Assembly: GCA_951406725.2 (NCBI GenBank)
Contig: OX597830.1
Coordinates: 1,922,001 to 1,986,000 of the forward strand
Source of the DNA: Octopus vulgaris
Lineage: Eukaryota
Length of the DNA stretch: 64,000 nt
Reading direction: 5' to 3'
Numbering within the stretch: the stretch's first letter is position 1; each line of letters opens with the position of its first letter. The notes under the pieces were generated by a model. It was not told the origin of the DNA. It saw only the letters and a list, made by a program, of their open reading frames with translations, and did no database searches. The translations under genes were made by a program, and so were the position numbers. Of this stretch, positions 11,588 to 25,498 are shown in pieces.

Positions 11588-14500
11588 GTCTTAGTAATTA
11601 CCATGTTGAACGCTCCACAAGCGCCTTCAAGTTGGAAAAACACATTGGATAAAGTTGCCCTTGATACGAGGTTATAGGTCTGATCAATGAAAGATGGTCA
11701 CGAGATTAATCAAGAAGAACAACAACATGAGTACAGCGACGGGTATTCCATGAACTGTGTCTACGCAGAGTATTTGTTTGTAACGAGAGGGAGGAATTAA
11801 CTTTGGGCGATATTCTCATGGGCATCTAACGGTGGAGTGGAAGTCAACGCAGTTATTGCGATCGAATAAAGGTTGACAAATTAAATTACACTTTGCAACG
11901 AGAAGATGAAAATAGAGGTTCAATGGCTAATGTTAATCAAGTTGGGTGAAGGCAAAGGGGCGACAACTCACGAGGTTTAATTAATCCATTTGAAGCTCGG
12001 TGAAGCTTTATTGCACAGTTAATTCGTTGTGTTTACTGTTTACAGAGAATGTTATGAAATGAAAATAAATAAAAGACCTAATATTATAACATTGAAATTC
12101 GTTTACAAACTCAGCAATTTCATTTGTTCCGTGTCAAATGATTTACAATGGGTTTTCAGTTCTTCTCAATTGTAAGCCATGTGACATAATTTGTTAAGGA
12201 ATCTTCATGTTTTCGAAACAAATTTTAATGTTTTTTTCCAGTTGTATTTTATGTTGTAGTAAACGAATTGTAGTGTTTTAATATTTTCTGTTTTGCCATA
12301 GTGTTAGAATTTGCTTGCTGTCCTTTCATGGAATTGATTGCTAACAGCTAACGAAACAAATGATTTTATTATAATAAAATAGAACTATAAACATTACCAA
12401 AAACCAACCCAAAATGTTGCATTTAACATTCAATACCTTTATTTCTATTTTAAGCTTTAACAATATATTTAAATAACTTTATTCCTAGCGTAAACATTAA
12501 AAAAAATGTAATATTTAGTTTTCACTTTATGGTAAACTTGCCAAGAAAAACATTGGAAATCGAATTGCCCACCTAAAACAAAGCAAAACCAATTCACCTT
12601 AGTTGGTTCCAACGTTTTTCAGTTGTTGTCAAAGTAATTCCGCAGTGTGTAAGGTGCAGAATTATAAAATACTTCTGTCGAAAGAAAAAATGCTGGTGCC
12701 GTGTTTCTTAGTGCAGTGTCTGCTATTATGATACAGAATTGGTCGCTGTTGTTGATCAGCAGTAAGTGAAAGGTTAAACCGAACTAAAGAGTTTGGCTGT
12801 AACATATTTAGTGCAGAGGCGGCGGCGTTACTGGCTCACTTTATAGAAATTGTTTACGCGGCGAGAACAAGCTGAAGAACAATATTAGACAACGACTAAT
12901 TTTCGTTTCGCTTTTGATTTGTTGGAATGGAAGAATCTGTGGTCTGAAGGCAAACATCATTTGCTCTCTTTTCTTCACTTTCTGACGAAGGTCAAAAGTT
13001 TGTAGCTTTATTTACTCAAGTGTTTACTGTTTAGTGAATGTGTTTCACTTGTTTTCTCGAGAGTTCCCCATTTGACAAAGGTCCGAATTCCTTTCCAGTC
13101 ATCCGTATCTTTCATCCTCACGGGATCAGTATAATATTTCTACCACTCAGAAACTGGAATTATTTTATTCAATCATAACCCAAACCCCCACAAGAAAAGG
13201 CTGGCCGTGATTGTGAGAAATCACTTTCACTTACATTTAACGGCGGCGATCAAGAAACGTTGTGGTATTTCGTTTTTTATGTATTTAGTTTGTATCTCAA
13301 GCTTAAACTCCATCTTGGCCGACTTTACTCTTTGTTTCTCTACGCTCAATAAAATGAAAATACAGTTATGCACATCCCTCTAAAAATGTGGGAGTTTGTA
13401 TCTATGTAGGAAATTAAAATTGTTTCCTCTTTCCCAAATCAAATGGATTTCCAGCTTCTTACTTTTCTGTAATTCTCTCAAAACCCTCATTTACGGAGTC
13501 TCCTTTTGTCTTGAGAGAAACCAATAAATATCTCAAACTCTATCTTGTTTCTCTTGTACAGTGTTATGTTCCGTCTTATCCTAAAAAAATTGTCTTTGAT
13601 GATGAGATGTTTAAATACAGTCAATATCAGCCCTAAACTCTCGTATTACCTTAAACCAGCTAACAAGAGAATCGAAGTGAAGGTGGCCTGTATATTTCGG
13701 GTCTCAAAATTCGAAATTATTTTTCAGTAGAGAGATACAGTCTCCAACTCTGAAAAGTCTCCTACATTGGAATTTCCACAAAGTCATCTTGGAGATTATG
13801 CATGCATGTTTGCGTCTACCACATATACGCAGTGGTGTGACTGTACTTTTCAGTTGAAATGCGTACACCGCTGATGCTAATTGGAATTGAGCCTTCTGAG
13901 TCAGTCAAGAAATGGTGTTCTTGCAACACAGGTTCAAATATTCGGCGAGGTTTTGTAACGTGGTCTTAGTTCGGTTCTGCAATGCTTACAATGACTGATT
14001 AATTTTAGCAATTTGCCTGTACCAATTTTCCATGAATCTCAGCAAATTTCCAGCAAAAGCCTTCGAAATGCATCTATATTCTTATGACGGTCAATATTTT
14101 TCGCTTCAAGTTGTATCTATTTATAGCTCGAAGCGTTTCAAGCAATCAGTGACACAACGGAAAATATGAAATAAATTTGTGAAATCCTCCACCATGACAG
14201 AAAAAGCATAAAAGCAGTAGAATTTAGACCCGTGTGAACACAGACCCAGACCTTATCGTAAACATAATGGTGGTAGGATCGAATCCAAGACGGTGAGGTA
14301 AACATTTTAATTGAGTTGTTTATCATTTAATTGTATACACATGTAATTATTACTTCATATTATGCATATACACACACTCACTCACACACAATTATATGTA
14401 TACATATGTATGTACATATGTATGTACATATATGTGTGCGTATATATATATACTTCACTAAAATTGCGAATTAGCCACCCACCAAAATGACGGTTCCCAT

Positions 14501-15155
14501 AACTTCACAAAAATAATTACATAATATCTTGCATAAACACAAACATCTGAAGTCGTCTATAATTTAAAAATATCTCTACTTCTTTTAATATACGGTCGAA
14601 CAATGATGATGATGATTAATATAGATGACAAACTTGCACCATTAACTATCACAAATATATTTTCTTTCCTTACCCAAATTCAGTTTGACTCTAAATACAG
14701 AATTGGGGTGGTTAGCAAGCGATTTCAGATTCGATTATAGTTAGAATTAAAGCAAAATGCTACGATCTTTTCTTTGTAGAACATTGTTATGAAGTAGTTC
14801 AGTAATATTAGCAATAGACAAATCTAAAAATTTATCCATTTTCACATCATTGATTTTTTCCTCTCTGATAACTAAACCATTTTTCTTCAAAGTTCTAGCT
14901 TTCACCAACACCGCTGTTAACTATCAGCAAATCTGATATTAATATAATTTTGCATGAGAGAAAATCGCTTTTGTTTTTTATTTTCTTTTGATTATTCTTC
15001 TTTGGTTAAAAAAAAAGTAATCGGAGACGAATTGTTTGATGTGACCTCATGGGAGCATAGAATGCAAATGAATTTATGTGAAATTATTGTTATTTATATT
15101 TTCAGAGATTTTTGCAGAAACTGCTTCCTGGCTTATGCAGAAGATTATGGAGACG

Positions 15156-15204
<49 letters not shown>

Positions 15205-15483
15205 TATATATATATATATATGTATATATATTTAAACATATATATTTATATATATACATATATATCTGTATATGTGTATGTGTGTTCGTGTGTACGTAAA
15301 GTGTCCTTGGAACAGTCTTTGAAGGCGATTAAAAATATCTGTTGTGATGTATGGATTACACGGCAAAGAGAGTAGGCAGAGGCATGTCACCCTCTTCTAC
15401 ATCATTATTGATGGAAATGGGTTTGGCGATACTTCATAAGTTACGGCATATAATCTCATATCATGAAACTCCTTGTTAATATT

Positions 15484-15654
15484 AGTTTTAAATTTTGGCA
15501 CAAGGCCAGCAATTTCGGAGGAGTAAGTTCAACCCAGTGCTCAAGTGCTGCTTACGTTATCGACCCCGAAAGGATAGAAAGTAAAGTCGACCCCAGCGGA
15601 ATTTGAAGTCAAAGCGTAAAGACGGACGAAATGCCTCCTCCGCTCGCCCTCCAC
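15484..15654 (-). mobile_element. SINE family 2 with 16-bp target-site duplication
   Basis: TSD ACTCCTTGTTAATATT at 15468-15483 and 15655-15670. Shares the gtcgacttt...atcctttcggggtcgataa core with other copies. Confidence 0.85.
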
Positions 15655-16143
15655 ACTCCTTGTTAATATTTATGTACCTTAACGAGGCAAATTAACGAGA
15701 TTCCAAAAATCTCTAAGGACACAATCTAATTCTCAGAATCAAAAGCTTGAGTGATGTTAATGAAGCAATGCTGTATACAGAGATATTAATAATCGCTTCA
15801 AATGCCCACCATGTAGCAATGTGTGTTTTTCTATACATGTTTCTTACGAGCTACGCGAGGTTACAGGAACTAGAACCAGTTAGAAATCGACTGTTGACAT
15901 CCGGAATTAAGAGTCTCTAAATCATGTAAAAATTTACAGTGTCGGTTATCGTGATGCTATATTAATTTTATCTGAAAAGAGACATTTACGTAATACTTTT
16001 GGTGCAAACTCTAAATCATCCGCTGGACTAAAAAGTCATCGAGGATTTGTCTCCCCTTAACAAGCAACGACCACACATAGCATTGCCTCGACGTCCATCG
16101 TTCATGCATGCGCGCATACATTATATGTGTGTCTGTGTATGTA

Positions 16144-16194
<51 letters not shown>

Positions 16195-16197
<3 letters not shown>

Positions 16198-16603
16198 GGA
16201 GTGGCTGTGTGGTAAGTAGCTTGCTTACCAACCACATGGTTCACGGTTCAGTCCCACTGCGTGGCATCTTGGGCAAGTGTCTTCTGCTATAGCTCCGGGC
16301 CGACCAATGTCTTGTGAGTGGATTTGGTAGACGGAAACTGAAATAAGCCTGTCGTATATATGTATATGTATATAATTGTATGTGTGTGTGTTTGTGTGTC
16401 TGTGTTTGTCCACCTAGCATTGCTTGACAACCGATGCTGGTGTGTTTACGTCCCCGTCACTTAGCGGTTCGGCAAAAGAGACCGTTAGAATAAGTACTGG
16501 GCTTACAAAAGAATAAGTCTCGGGGTCGAGTTGCTCGATTAAAGGTGGTGCTCCAGCATGGCTTTAGTCAAATGACTGAAACAAGTAAAAGAGTAAAAGA
16601 GTA
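16195..16603 (+). mobile_element. SINE family 1, full length
   Basis: Same sequence as 2413-2818 in the opposite orientation. Confidence 0.9.
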
Positions 16604-16609
16604 TATATG

Positions 16610-16657
<48 letters not shown>

Positions 16658-17054
16658 CTCACATACACATATATATATATATCTTACAATGGTTTCATGT
16701 CAGAAGATGTTAATGGAGAAAATATCTTTTAATCGCAGGACCTGTCTAAATAACAAATGATTCAACCAATATGGTTATTGTATGAAGTCTCCATGGGACA
16801 AGAATGTTCGTTTGGGTCAGAGTGTAACTCTGTGAGGGTCAGCTATGATCACTCCTCGTTTATTACGTTTGTTAAAGAAAACAGAAGATCAAAATTAATC
16901 GAAAAGATTCTTGTGAAAAATTTTCCAAAATGGATTTAATATGCAACAGCCATGGTGTTTGATTGTACATTTTTAGAGCAAAAACCGTGAAGTATGTGTG
17001 TACGGGCGCATACAAACCTGGAAACATACATATATGTGCATACATGTATTTATG

Positions 17055-17138
<84 letters not shown>

Positions 17139-17703
17139 TGAGAAAGAGAGAGAGAGTGTGTGCGTATGAGTGCATATGTGTATGTAATTTTTATAACTCT
17201 CTTCGTTCTCATCACTCCAAATATATCACTTTGTTTATTTTTTTCTGCTGCATAAAATTTCTAAGACGGGAATCGAGTAAGTCGATGCAATATGTTCTAT
17301 ATCTTGCCACTTCTTCGTGTTACACAACAGCGTGACAGGGTGTGATACGGCATGAGCCCTTCCGATCTTCAGTGTGTGTATGTGTGTGTGCATTTGACAG
17401 GTAAATCTACTTTGAAGGTTGTAAGGTTGAAATACTTGATCTCTTCCGAATTCATGTGGACTGTCGGCCAAAGAATCTTCTCATTGCGAGAACGCTGAAG
17501 CAGCGTTACTAGAGCATGAGGCAAAGTAGTTTGTAGTATTTACGTTCCTAATTGAAATCCCATCAGGATCCGCTTTGACTTTAATCCTTCTAGCGTTAAT
17601 ATAATACACTACCAGTGAACTACTGAGGTCGATATATATATATATTTATATATATATATATATATATATACTTTATTTAAAGCAGCAGAAAATTCAACAA
17701 AAT

Positions 17704-17741
17704 CTGTTACTCTGAGTTTCTCGTTGCCGTTCATCAGACAG
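17704..17741 (-). ncRNA. Minimal type-I hammerhead ribozyme
   Basis: ctgt CTGATGA acg-gcaa-cga GAAA ctcagag TA acag on the minus strand. Confidence 0.8.
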
Positions 17742-18029
17742 TTTTTGCTAGAATGGAACCGATATATCAATTTAATCTAGACTCTTACAAACGCTACACC
17801 TTTAAAAAAATGGACTTGTTTGATTGGCCCTTTAGAAATAACGGTTAATCTTCAAGCGATAAACAAAAAAAAGCTCAAAAATATATGTATATATATATAA
17901 AACATAAAAATTATAAAATTCGAGGAAAAAACCTTACATTGAATAAAATACATATTGACGTTAATGAAGAAAGTATAATTAATGCATAGAAATTAAAACT
18001 TATTATAAATATTACACTGCAATACATAT

Positions 18030-18135
18030 TTATATTAAAGTGTACATATATAAAGGTACATATATTAAAGTGTACATATATAAAGGTACATATATTAAAG
18101 TGTACATATATAAAGTGTACATATATTAAAGTGTA
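18030..18135. repeat. ~30-bp tandem repeat (atattaaagtgtacatatataaaggtacat)x~3.5 in the IR spacer
   Basis: Directly visible. Confidence 0.85.
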
Positions 18136-18204
18136 CATTTTTAAAGGTGTAGCATTTGTAAGAGTCTAGATTGAATTGATATATCGGTTCCATTCTAGCA
18201 AAAA

Positions 18205-18242
18205 CTGTCTGATGAACGGCAACGAGAAACTCAGAGTAACAG
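18205..18242 (+). ncRNA. Minimal type-I hammerhead ribozyme
   Basis: ctgt CTGATGA acg-gcaa-cga GAAA ctcagag TA acag. Confidence 0.8.
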
Positions 18243-18344
18243 ATTTTGTTGTATTTTCTGCTGCTTTAAATAAAGCATATTACTCTACCACTGGTATTTG
18301 AGTACTCTTTTTTCCACCTTGTTTCACATTTATGTGTTTACTCC

Positions 18345-18393
<49 letters not shown>

Positions 18394-19965
18394 AAATGTC
18401 TTTGTGTGTGTGTGTGTGTGTGCGTATGTGTGTGTGCATTTGTATATATATGTATATGTATATGTATACATATATATGCGTATATATCTGTGGGGCCACA
18501 TCAAAATTAGTTGCTTATGAGGAGAGATACTCCATGTCTATGAACGAACAGTCTCACACACATACACACACACAAACGCACACTTGCACACAAAAGCTTA
18601 GACATACACTCATATATATATACATGCAAAGCGTCTTAATGTAAAGAACTAAGAATGGAAACAAGAGAAAAAGTGCAAATGCATGTCATGTTTTCCTGTA
18701 GACATCTTCGCAACAAGCTTTTAATGGCTTATACTGCAGGCATCTTTAACCTATTTCCTATTTCTCTTCTGCCATTTAATGCCACAATATTTTAACATAA
18801 ACCAATATTTCAATTGAACATGGATGTGCGAACATTTAGCAAAGAGAAGAAGACAAATTACTGTAGGAATCACATCAAGATACAAAAGCCATTCTCAACT
18901 GATTTTATCGGGAAAACTGTTTATCTGCAGATCAAAAGGGAAGCTTAGAATTTATGTCTATACAACCAATTCCCTGATTAATTACAGTACAATAACACCA
19001 GAACAATCTGATATTTCAAGCTGATATTACATTGCAGGATTTCTTTATTCTTTTAGTCTTTCAGGCTTTTATTCCACGGCCATGCTGGAGCTCACTATTC
19101 TATGCGATAATCGATTATATCAGCCTGCCCACTATTTATGTTGTTATTCGTGTTAGATTTTGTTGTTTCATAGCTCCAAGTTCGCTCTGATTGAACAGAC
19201 CTATAATCAATTCCAGATTGTTGTTTAGCTTCTAGTCGGCCGCGATTTAGCAGACGGATCTATGATTAGAGGAACTCCAGCCATGACTCTCTTGCCGTTA
19301 TTTCAGATATAAAATACCCAGGACTACATTATTTTGAATATACGTTCACTCCATTTCAAGATGATAGGATGTGTTTAAAAATATATTTGCTAACTATTTC
19401 TAGCTTATCGAGCCACTACGTAGAAGTCATTTCCTTCAATATTTGCTTATTTTATCGAATTTGGAAGGATAAAACTCACGTTACTTTAAAGGAATTTTAA
19501 AGCTGACCGTCAAAGAATGTAACGAAAGGCCACCAGAGTGACTTGAAATAGAATCTCACAGTGGAAGTAAAATGTTGGGTAATCAATTGATGACGAAAGT
19601 ATAATAATACCAGAAACAGTGCTGTCAGGTCGATCCTGATTTTACTGTCTATGGTCAGGTTGTTTAATTAACATGACAATCATTCTCGACTGTATTATGT
19701 GTAATACATTTAATTAATGTACAAATACAGTTAATGCCAAAGATTTGTAGATATGCTTCAGAGTAGAAGTTAGCGGGGAAAATAGCTGGTAGATCAGAAA
19801 TTTAAATACTAAGATATTTGAAGCGCCACTACACCAATGCTGCTATATATTGGCAATTTGCTATATGGGACTGATTGCCGAGGAAGCAAGTAATTAGCAA
19901 TGTGTCCCTCGTATGTGTAGACAATGGAATATTTCAGCAGTTTAACAAGATATACTTAATATTAA

Positions 19966-20188
19966 TTTCAAATGTTGGCACAAGGCCAGCAAACTCTGTG
20001 GTGTGGGTAAGTTGGTAACATCGACCTCAATACTCAACTTGTACTTATTTTTCTAACTCTACTGACTGCGAAAGGATGAGAGATAAAGTCAACCTCGGTG
20101 GTCTTTGAAGTCAGAACGCGTAGACGGACAAAATGCTGCTAAGCATTTAGTCAGGCGTGCTAACGATTCTCCTCGCTCACCGCTTTAC
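19966..20188 (-). mobile_element. SINE family 2
   Basis: Homologous to 15484-15654; flanked by a near-duplicate ATATA(C/T)TTAATATTAA. Confidence 0.8.
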
Positions 20189-20209
20189 ATATATTTAATA
20201 TTAAGATAA

Positions 20210-20335
20210 TGAATTGGCAGAATCATTATAGCATCAAATAACATACTTTGTGGTATTTGTTCCAGGTCTCTGTGATCTGAGATCAAATTCCACCAAAGTC
20301 AAATTGCCATGCTACCCTTTCAGAATCGATGAATG
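20210..20335 (+). mobile_element. SINE family 2, decayed 5' part
   Basis: ggcagaatcattatagca...tctgagatcaaattcc...aagtcaaattgcc. Confidence 0.55.
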
Positions 20336-22444
20336 AAATTAGGTGGTGGTTTGGTGGGAGTTTTAGACCTTCAAATTAGATGTGTTACCGTATCAGTTCT
20401 AGATCTCTGGGTTCTAACTTCAAAGTTCATTGCTTATTCTTAACCCCCAAGTAGAAGGAAACATAGAGTCTGAGGCATCGTTGACAATGATAGGTCACTA
20501 ATGTTCGATGGAACAACACATTTTGGTAGCATCAACGCAAAACCTTGCAAACTGTACATTCACGTGGGAATAATTCGAGTGTAGGAAAAACAAAAGAAAA
20601 AACGGCCACTGTAAAATTATTCACCTGTAGCTAAAATTTAAAGAGAAATAAAGGCAGTGCACTTTGACCGAATAGAAATTAAGCTTCAACTCTAATAACC
20701 AAGTGTTAATGTTAAATCGAGCAAAGGATTAAATGAAACATCAAATGTAGGCAACTGGATTACCGCCTCTAGCCTGGTACCACCCAACCTGTGTTTTTTT
20801 ATCAAATAAATGACATTGGAAAATCGTTTCTAATCTACTACCATACCATCTGTCCGTATCAGTTAACAGCTGGTTTGAATTTTGCTTTTGACAATATACT
20901 TCTATCCTCATTATTGATTCATAGCTCACAGCTTACGCTCGTGACACTTTGTCAACCAACAGGAGACGGAAATTTCAACGAAGGAGTTCTTCCCCTCGAA
21001 GAACAAGAACTGGTATTTGTATGGGATCAAAGAATTGGCAAAAAAAATGGCTTCAGACGGCGCAACACGATAGCCCCTACTTTGAATTCGAGGCTGCTTT
21101 TGTTGTAACTTGTTGAATAAAGCAAAGAAGGAACCAAAATACGTATTGCAAAACTTCTGACTCAAAACAATAAAATCTGATAAAACTGGAAGGAAACTAA
21201 CTGATGGAGTAAATATTAATTTTGGTTAGAGTGTTTAAACATGGAACATTTTCTCCAAGAAATCTGTATATACAAGGCAGTGGATTTCTATTTAGATTCC
21301 TGTAATATTTCCATATATCAAGGGAAGAAAATTAAAAATAATTTGCATTAAGCATATTTTTCCAGAATTTTGAAATTCAATTTAAAAATTCAAATTGAAA
21401 TATTTTTACAAACTTAAATCAGTTAAAAAGAGGAATTTGAATAAAGAATCGTTGAAAAATTGTAATGAAAATAAAATACCATAGTAAAAAATAAAATAAA
21501 GATAAAATAAAATAAAAATTGTAACGAAAATAAAATACCATAGTAAAAAATAAAAGATGAAAATGCGGAAAATCCCTGAATTTGAATTTGAATTGATAAT
21601 GTTTTTTATATTGAATTCAGTTTAAGTTTTTAAATTTATTTTATTCATTTAAATCGTCACCGTCATCATCAACACATTATCATCACCACATTACTCCCCC
21701 TCCTCCTCCTCCTCAATTCTTTCTGTCTTTATTTACTTATTTGTTTGTTTTGCAAAATTTTGACTCGTCGTTATCAACAATTTCAGTTGATGAAAACATT
21801 AATTTCAAATTCAAAACATACAAAAAAAAAAAAAATAATAATCGTCAAGGAAATAGAAATACTCTCCCGAATATCCCAGCCGCCATAAAAACAGAAAAGA
21901 GAGGGGAAAAAAGCAACTATCGTTGATGCAAGATTAGTAGTGTAAAATATAACTTAGTGCATGAAATATCGGTGTGAAATGTGGGTGTGAAATATTGGTG
22001 TAAAATAAAATAAGGGTAAGTGAAATTCGAGAGAGATATGAAATGAAGTTTCATGAAGTATTTGCAAGTGGCTGTGGTCAGGTTGCGAGTGAATTTGGCC
22101 GAAACAGTTCGGAGGTGAATCAGTCAAAGGTCACATGCCCTAATATTTACAATGGTTTTGCAATAAAAGCTGCTTGGTAATTATATCTGGTCAAAACCGA
22201 GGAACGATCAATTATATTGACCACATTTCATAATCAGAGCTGCAGGAAATAAACACGCAAATACACACACACATGCATACGCACATTCAGAACACTTATA
22301 AACACAAACATTCAAAGACACACACACACGTACGCTTAGAAACATGGCATATATTCACAGATTTAAAGGCAAAAGCATTACACATGCACTCAACACACAC
22401 GCGTGAACACAAACGCATAAATTCTGAAGCAGAGAAACACATAA

Positions 22445-22476
<32 letters not shown>

Positions 22477-22680
22477 ATGCACACACACACGCGCGCGCAC
22501 ACTGTTCTACAAATACACACTGTAGTAATTATCTGAGAGCACTGATGATTTTATCTGTTTTCTGATCAAACGAGAGAAAATAATTAAAACGATCTAATTA
22601 GTTTCAGCCCCACTTACCCTTCTCAATACGCAAATACATAAACGTGGCCAATTCAAAGGCCGCACTCATTATTGCGGTCA

Positions 22681-22720
22681 GTGTCTGATGATTCTTTCAG
22701 TTCCGGGAGAAACGTTGCGT
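22681..22720 (+). ncRNA. Candidate hammerhead ribozyme
   Basis: gtgt CTGATGA ttct..ggga GAAA cg TT gcgt. Core is perfect but the stems rely on G-U pairs. Confidence 0.4.
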
Positions 22721-22859
22721 TTATTTATTCACGCTTTGTATGCTTGTTTCCCTTTCGCCTTTCTACACACACTAAAACATACATTTAAACCCCTACACAT
22801 GCACATCTACATATACATACACGTGCACATACACATACATGCATTTACACACATGCTCA

Positions 22860-22895
<36 letters not shown>

Positions 22896-24654
22896 CATAT
22901 GCATAATCACGCATCGCAATAGACTGACGCTTTGTAGCATTATGGTTGCATACACACATATACAAAAGGTAAATCTTATATGTTTGAATATATATATATA
23001 GGCATGTATGTGGTGTCTACGTATTTTTCACTCGTTGGTGATGTCCTGTACTTGATGTATTATACAGACATATGTACACACGAGTGTCTATGCTTATATA
23101 TCTTATATACATATACCTATACATTTCCTTGTCATTGTTACACGCAGACACAGATTCCATGCATTTGCTCGTATAGAAATATTTACGTATACAAATACAA
23201 AGAGAAGTGGGTAACAGAGAGGAATATAAAACAGAGCATATGGAATTGTCTTTGCGTGCGTGTGTGTGTGACTGTGTGTATGTCTGTGTGTCTACACGCA
23301 TATATGATAATATATGACATAAGAATTACATGCATACAAACACACATGTATGACGTTTGATATATGCATACACACGTGTCTGAAAAGATGCTGGCGCACA
23401 CTAATATCTAAATGTATACGAATAATAGCAATAAAATATTTGTTTATGTTCATTCAGAAATAGACATATGTTATATACTTATATACACTTAAGCACCCCT
23501 CCCCCCATATAGACATGCTTATACACACACACACACGCACATGAATACACAAAGATATGTCGTATATGAAGGAAAATGTAAACATGTATATATGTGAATG
23601 TGAGCGTATATATGTAGGTTTATATGTGTATATATGCATGTATGCATGTTTGTATGTATGTACACACACACACACACGCATATATTTCTATATATATACT
23701 TATACAAAGTGATGTAGATACATTGACGGGTTAACAACGCACTCGCATTCACACAGAAATAAGAAATATACATACAGAGTTATAAAGCCATGCAGTGACA
23801 TACAGCTACACACACACACACACACACACACAGACAGTTTGTAGGAATATCCCTTGATAACAGTGACCTAGCTTATGTTATCGTCATGTCTGAAATAATA
23901 ATGAGATTACAGGATGCTGAAGCCCTGAAGATTTGCTAACCAAAGCTTTATCACTTTCCAATCATGTGATATTGATGTATAGATTCCCACGATGCTCAGC
24001 ATGGCATGAATTTGAATTTTCTATAGGAATGTGTTCAAAGAGATGCATGTCATTACTGGAAGGTATTGCAACATAAAGTCAGATATTGATGTCAGCATCA
24101 CCATAATTCTTTCTATAAGAGAGCTTATGCATGTATATCTATATATGTAACCGAAGCTCTCTCAGTTCTTCCTTCTGCTACTTATCACACAATCACTAAA
24201 TCGTACCTCACTCCACAACTTACGCGAACAATCTCTACAAAGTAGTAAGAGAGAAGTAATTCATACTTCACCAACAATGTTCTTAAGAAGAGAAAGAAGC
24301 GTGTTTCTAACAGACTTGGATACTTTCTGGGATACTTACTGCATCAGCGTCGAACAACTTATGCTCCCCAGGACGGTATCTGTGTATGCAGCCAGGAAGA
24401 CAACTTCAGCATGATCGCGCGATCTGTTGGAAGTAAACAGCAAAGTTTCTCTCAAATTACAAAATTATGAAGAGACAATAGAGTAATAAATACCCAAGGT
24501 GATGCTCTCTCTCTCTCTATCTCTCTCTCACACACACGCACACATTTTTATTCTTTCTTTTCTTTTCTGCGTTTCAGTTATTAGGCTGTGGCCATGCTGG
24601 GGCACCGCCAGTCTAATCACCTCTCCATTAGCCAATCTTATGTGATTGACTTTT

Positions 24655-24907
24655 CGTTCATGATCCTTAACTATTCAAGGACCTTTCGAGTGGGATGGGC
24701 TACTCGACGCGAAGAAAATTCTAAGTGGGACCTACCTGCAAGGTTATGCGCAGTTTATCCTGATATGAGATCCCCATCCCACGCATATATGGTTGTGATG
24801 CATGTGCATGGTGTACCCCTATCAGACGGGTAGGTGTGATGGGTGTATTGAGCTACGTATATTTGTACCGCACTGTCACTGTGATGGCATGTGTTGGTCT
24901 CTCGCTC
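24655..24907 (+). mobile_element. 5'-truncated copy of a non-coding (AAT)n-tailed retroelement
   Basis: Aligns by eye with ~29670-29930; ends ...ctctcgctc(AAT)n. Confidence 0.8.
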
Positions 24908-25095
<188 letters not shown>

Positions 25096-25498
25096 GGTTT
25101 AACGAGAGAACACCGGGGACGTTTAACATGTGAGAGCGATAAAATAGTGCTCCGAAATCTATCCACAAACATCGGAAACAAAGACATCGCATGGAGCCAA
25201 AAAAGAACTGACAAAGGATTGGACTATATCCGAGTAAGTAATACTCATTGAAATGTAATACTATTTTCCAAACGAAATGATGTATTTTAACTCGATATCA
25301 TCTCCACCTCTAACACAGCACATGTAAACATGCTTGATACATTACAATCCATCAACACCAGATCATCCCCGACCCCAAACACCATGTACAAAAAAAACTA
25401 CGAAGAAATAAAATAACACCGATATTATTCAACCAAAGAATAACAATCGAAAAGTGCGTACTTTAAACTTGTTACACAAAAGGTACGAAAAACTACAC

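Larger units (their letters stand above)
17671..18347 (+). mobile_element. Non-coding PLE-like insertion with inverted pseudo-LTRs, embedded in (TA)n
   Basis: 17671-~17815 is the reverse complement of ~18133-18275 (few mismatches). Each arm carries a hammerhead, the right arm has an extra ~70-bp tail, and both flanks are (TA)n. Confidence 0.8.

Noticed and set aside
16195-16270. tRNA-like A/B boxes
   Set aside because: These are SINE heads without a full cloverleaf; not tRNA genes.
18030-18135. Short direct repeats superficially like a CRISPR array (also 21455-21560, 7425-7475)
   Set aside because: No unique spacers, no cas genes, eukaryotic context; these are simple tandem duplications.
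22541-22566. TGATGA...CTGA, like C/D snoRNA boxes
   Set aside because: Boxes are only ~20 nt apart, too short for a snoRNA.
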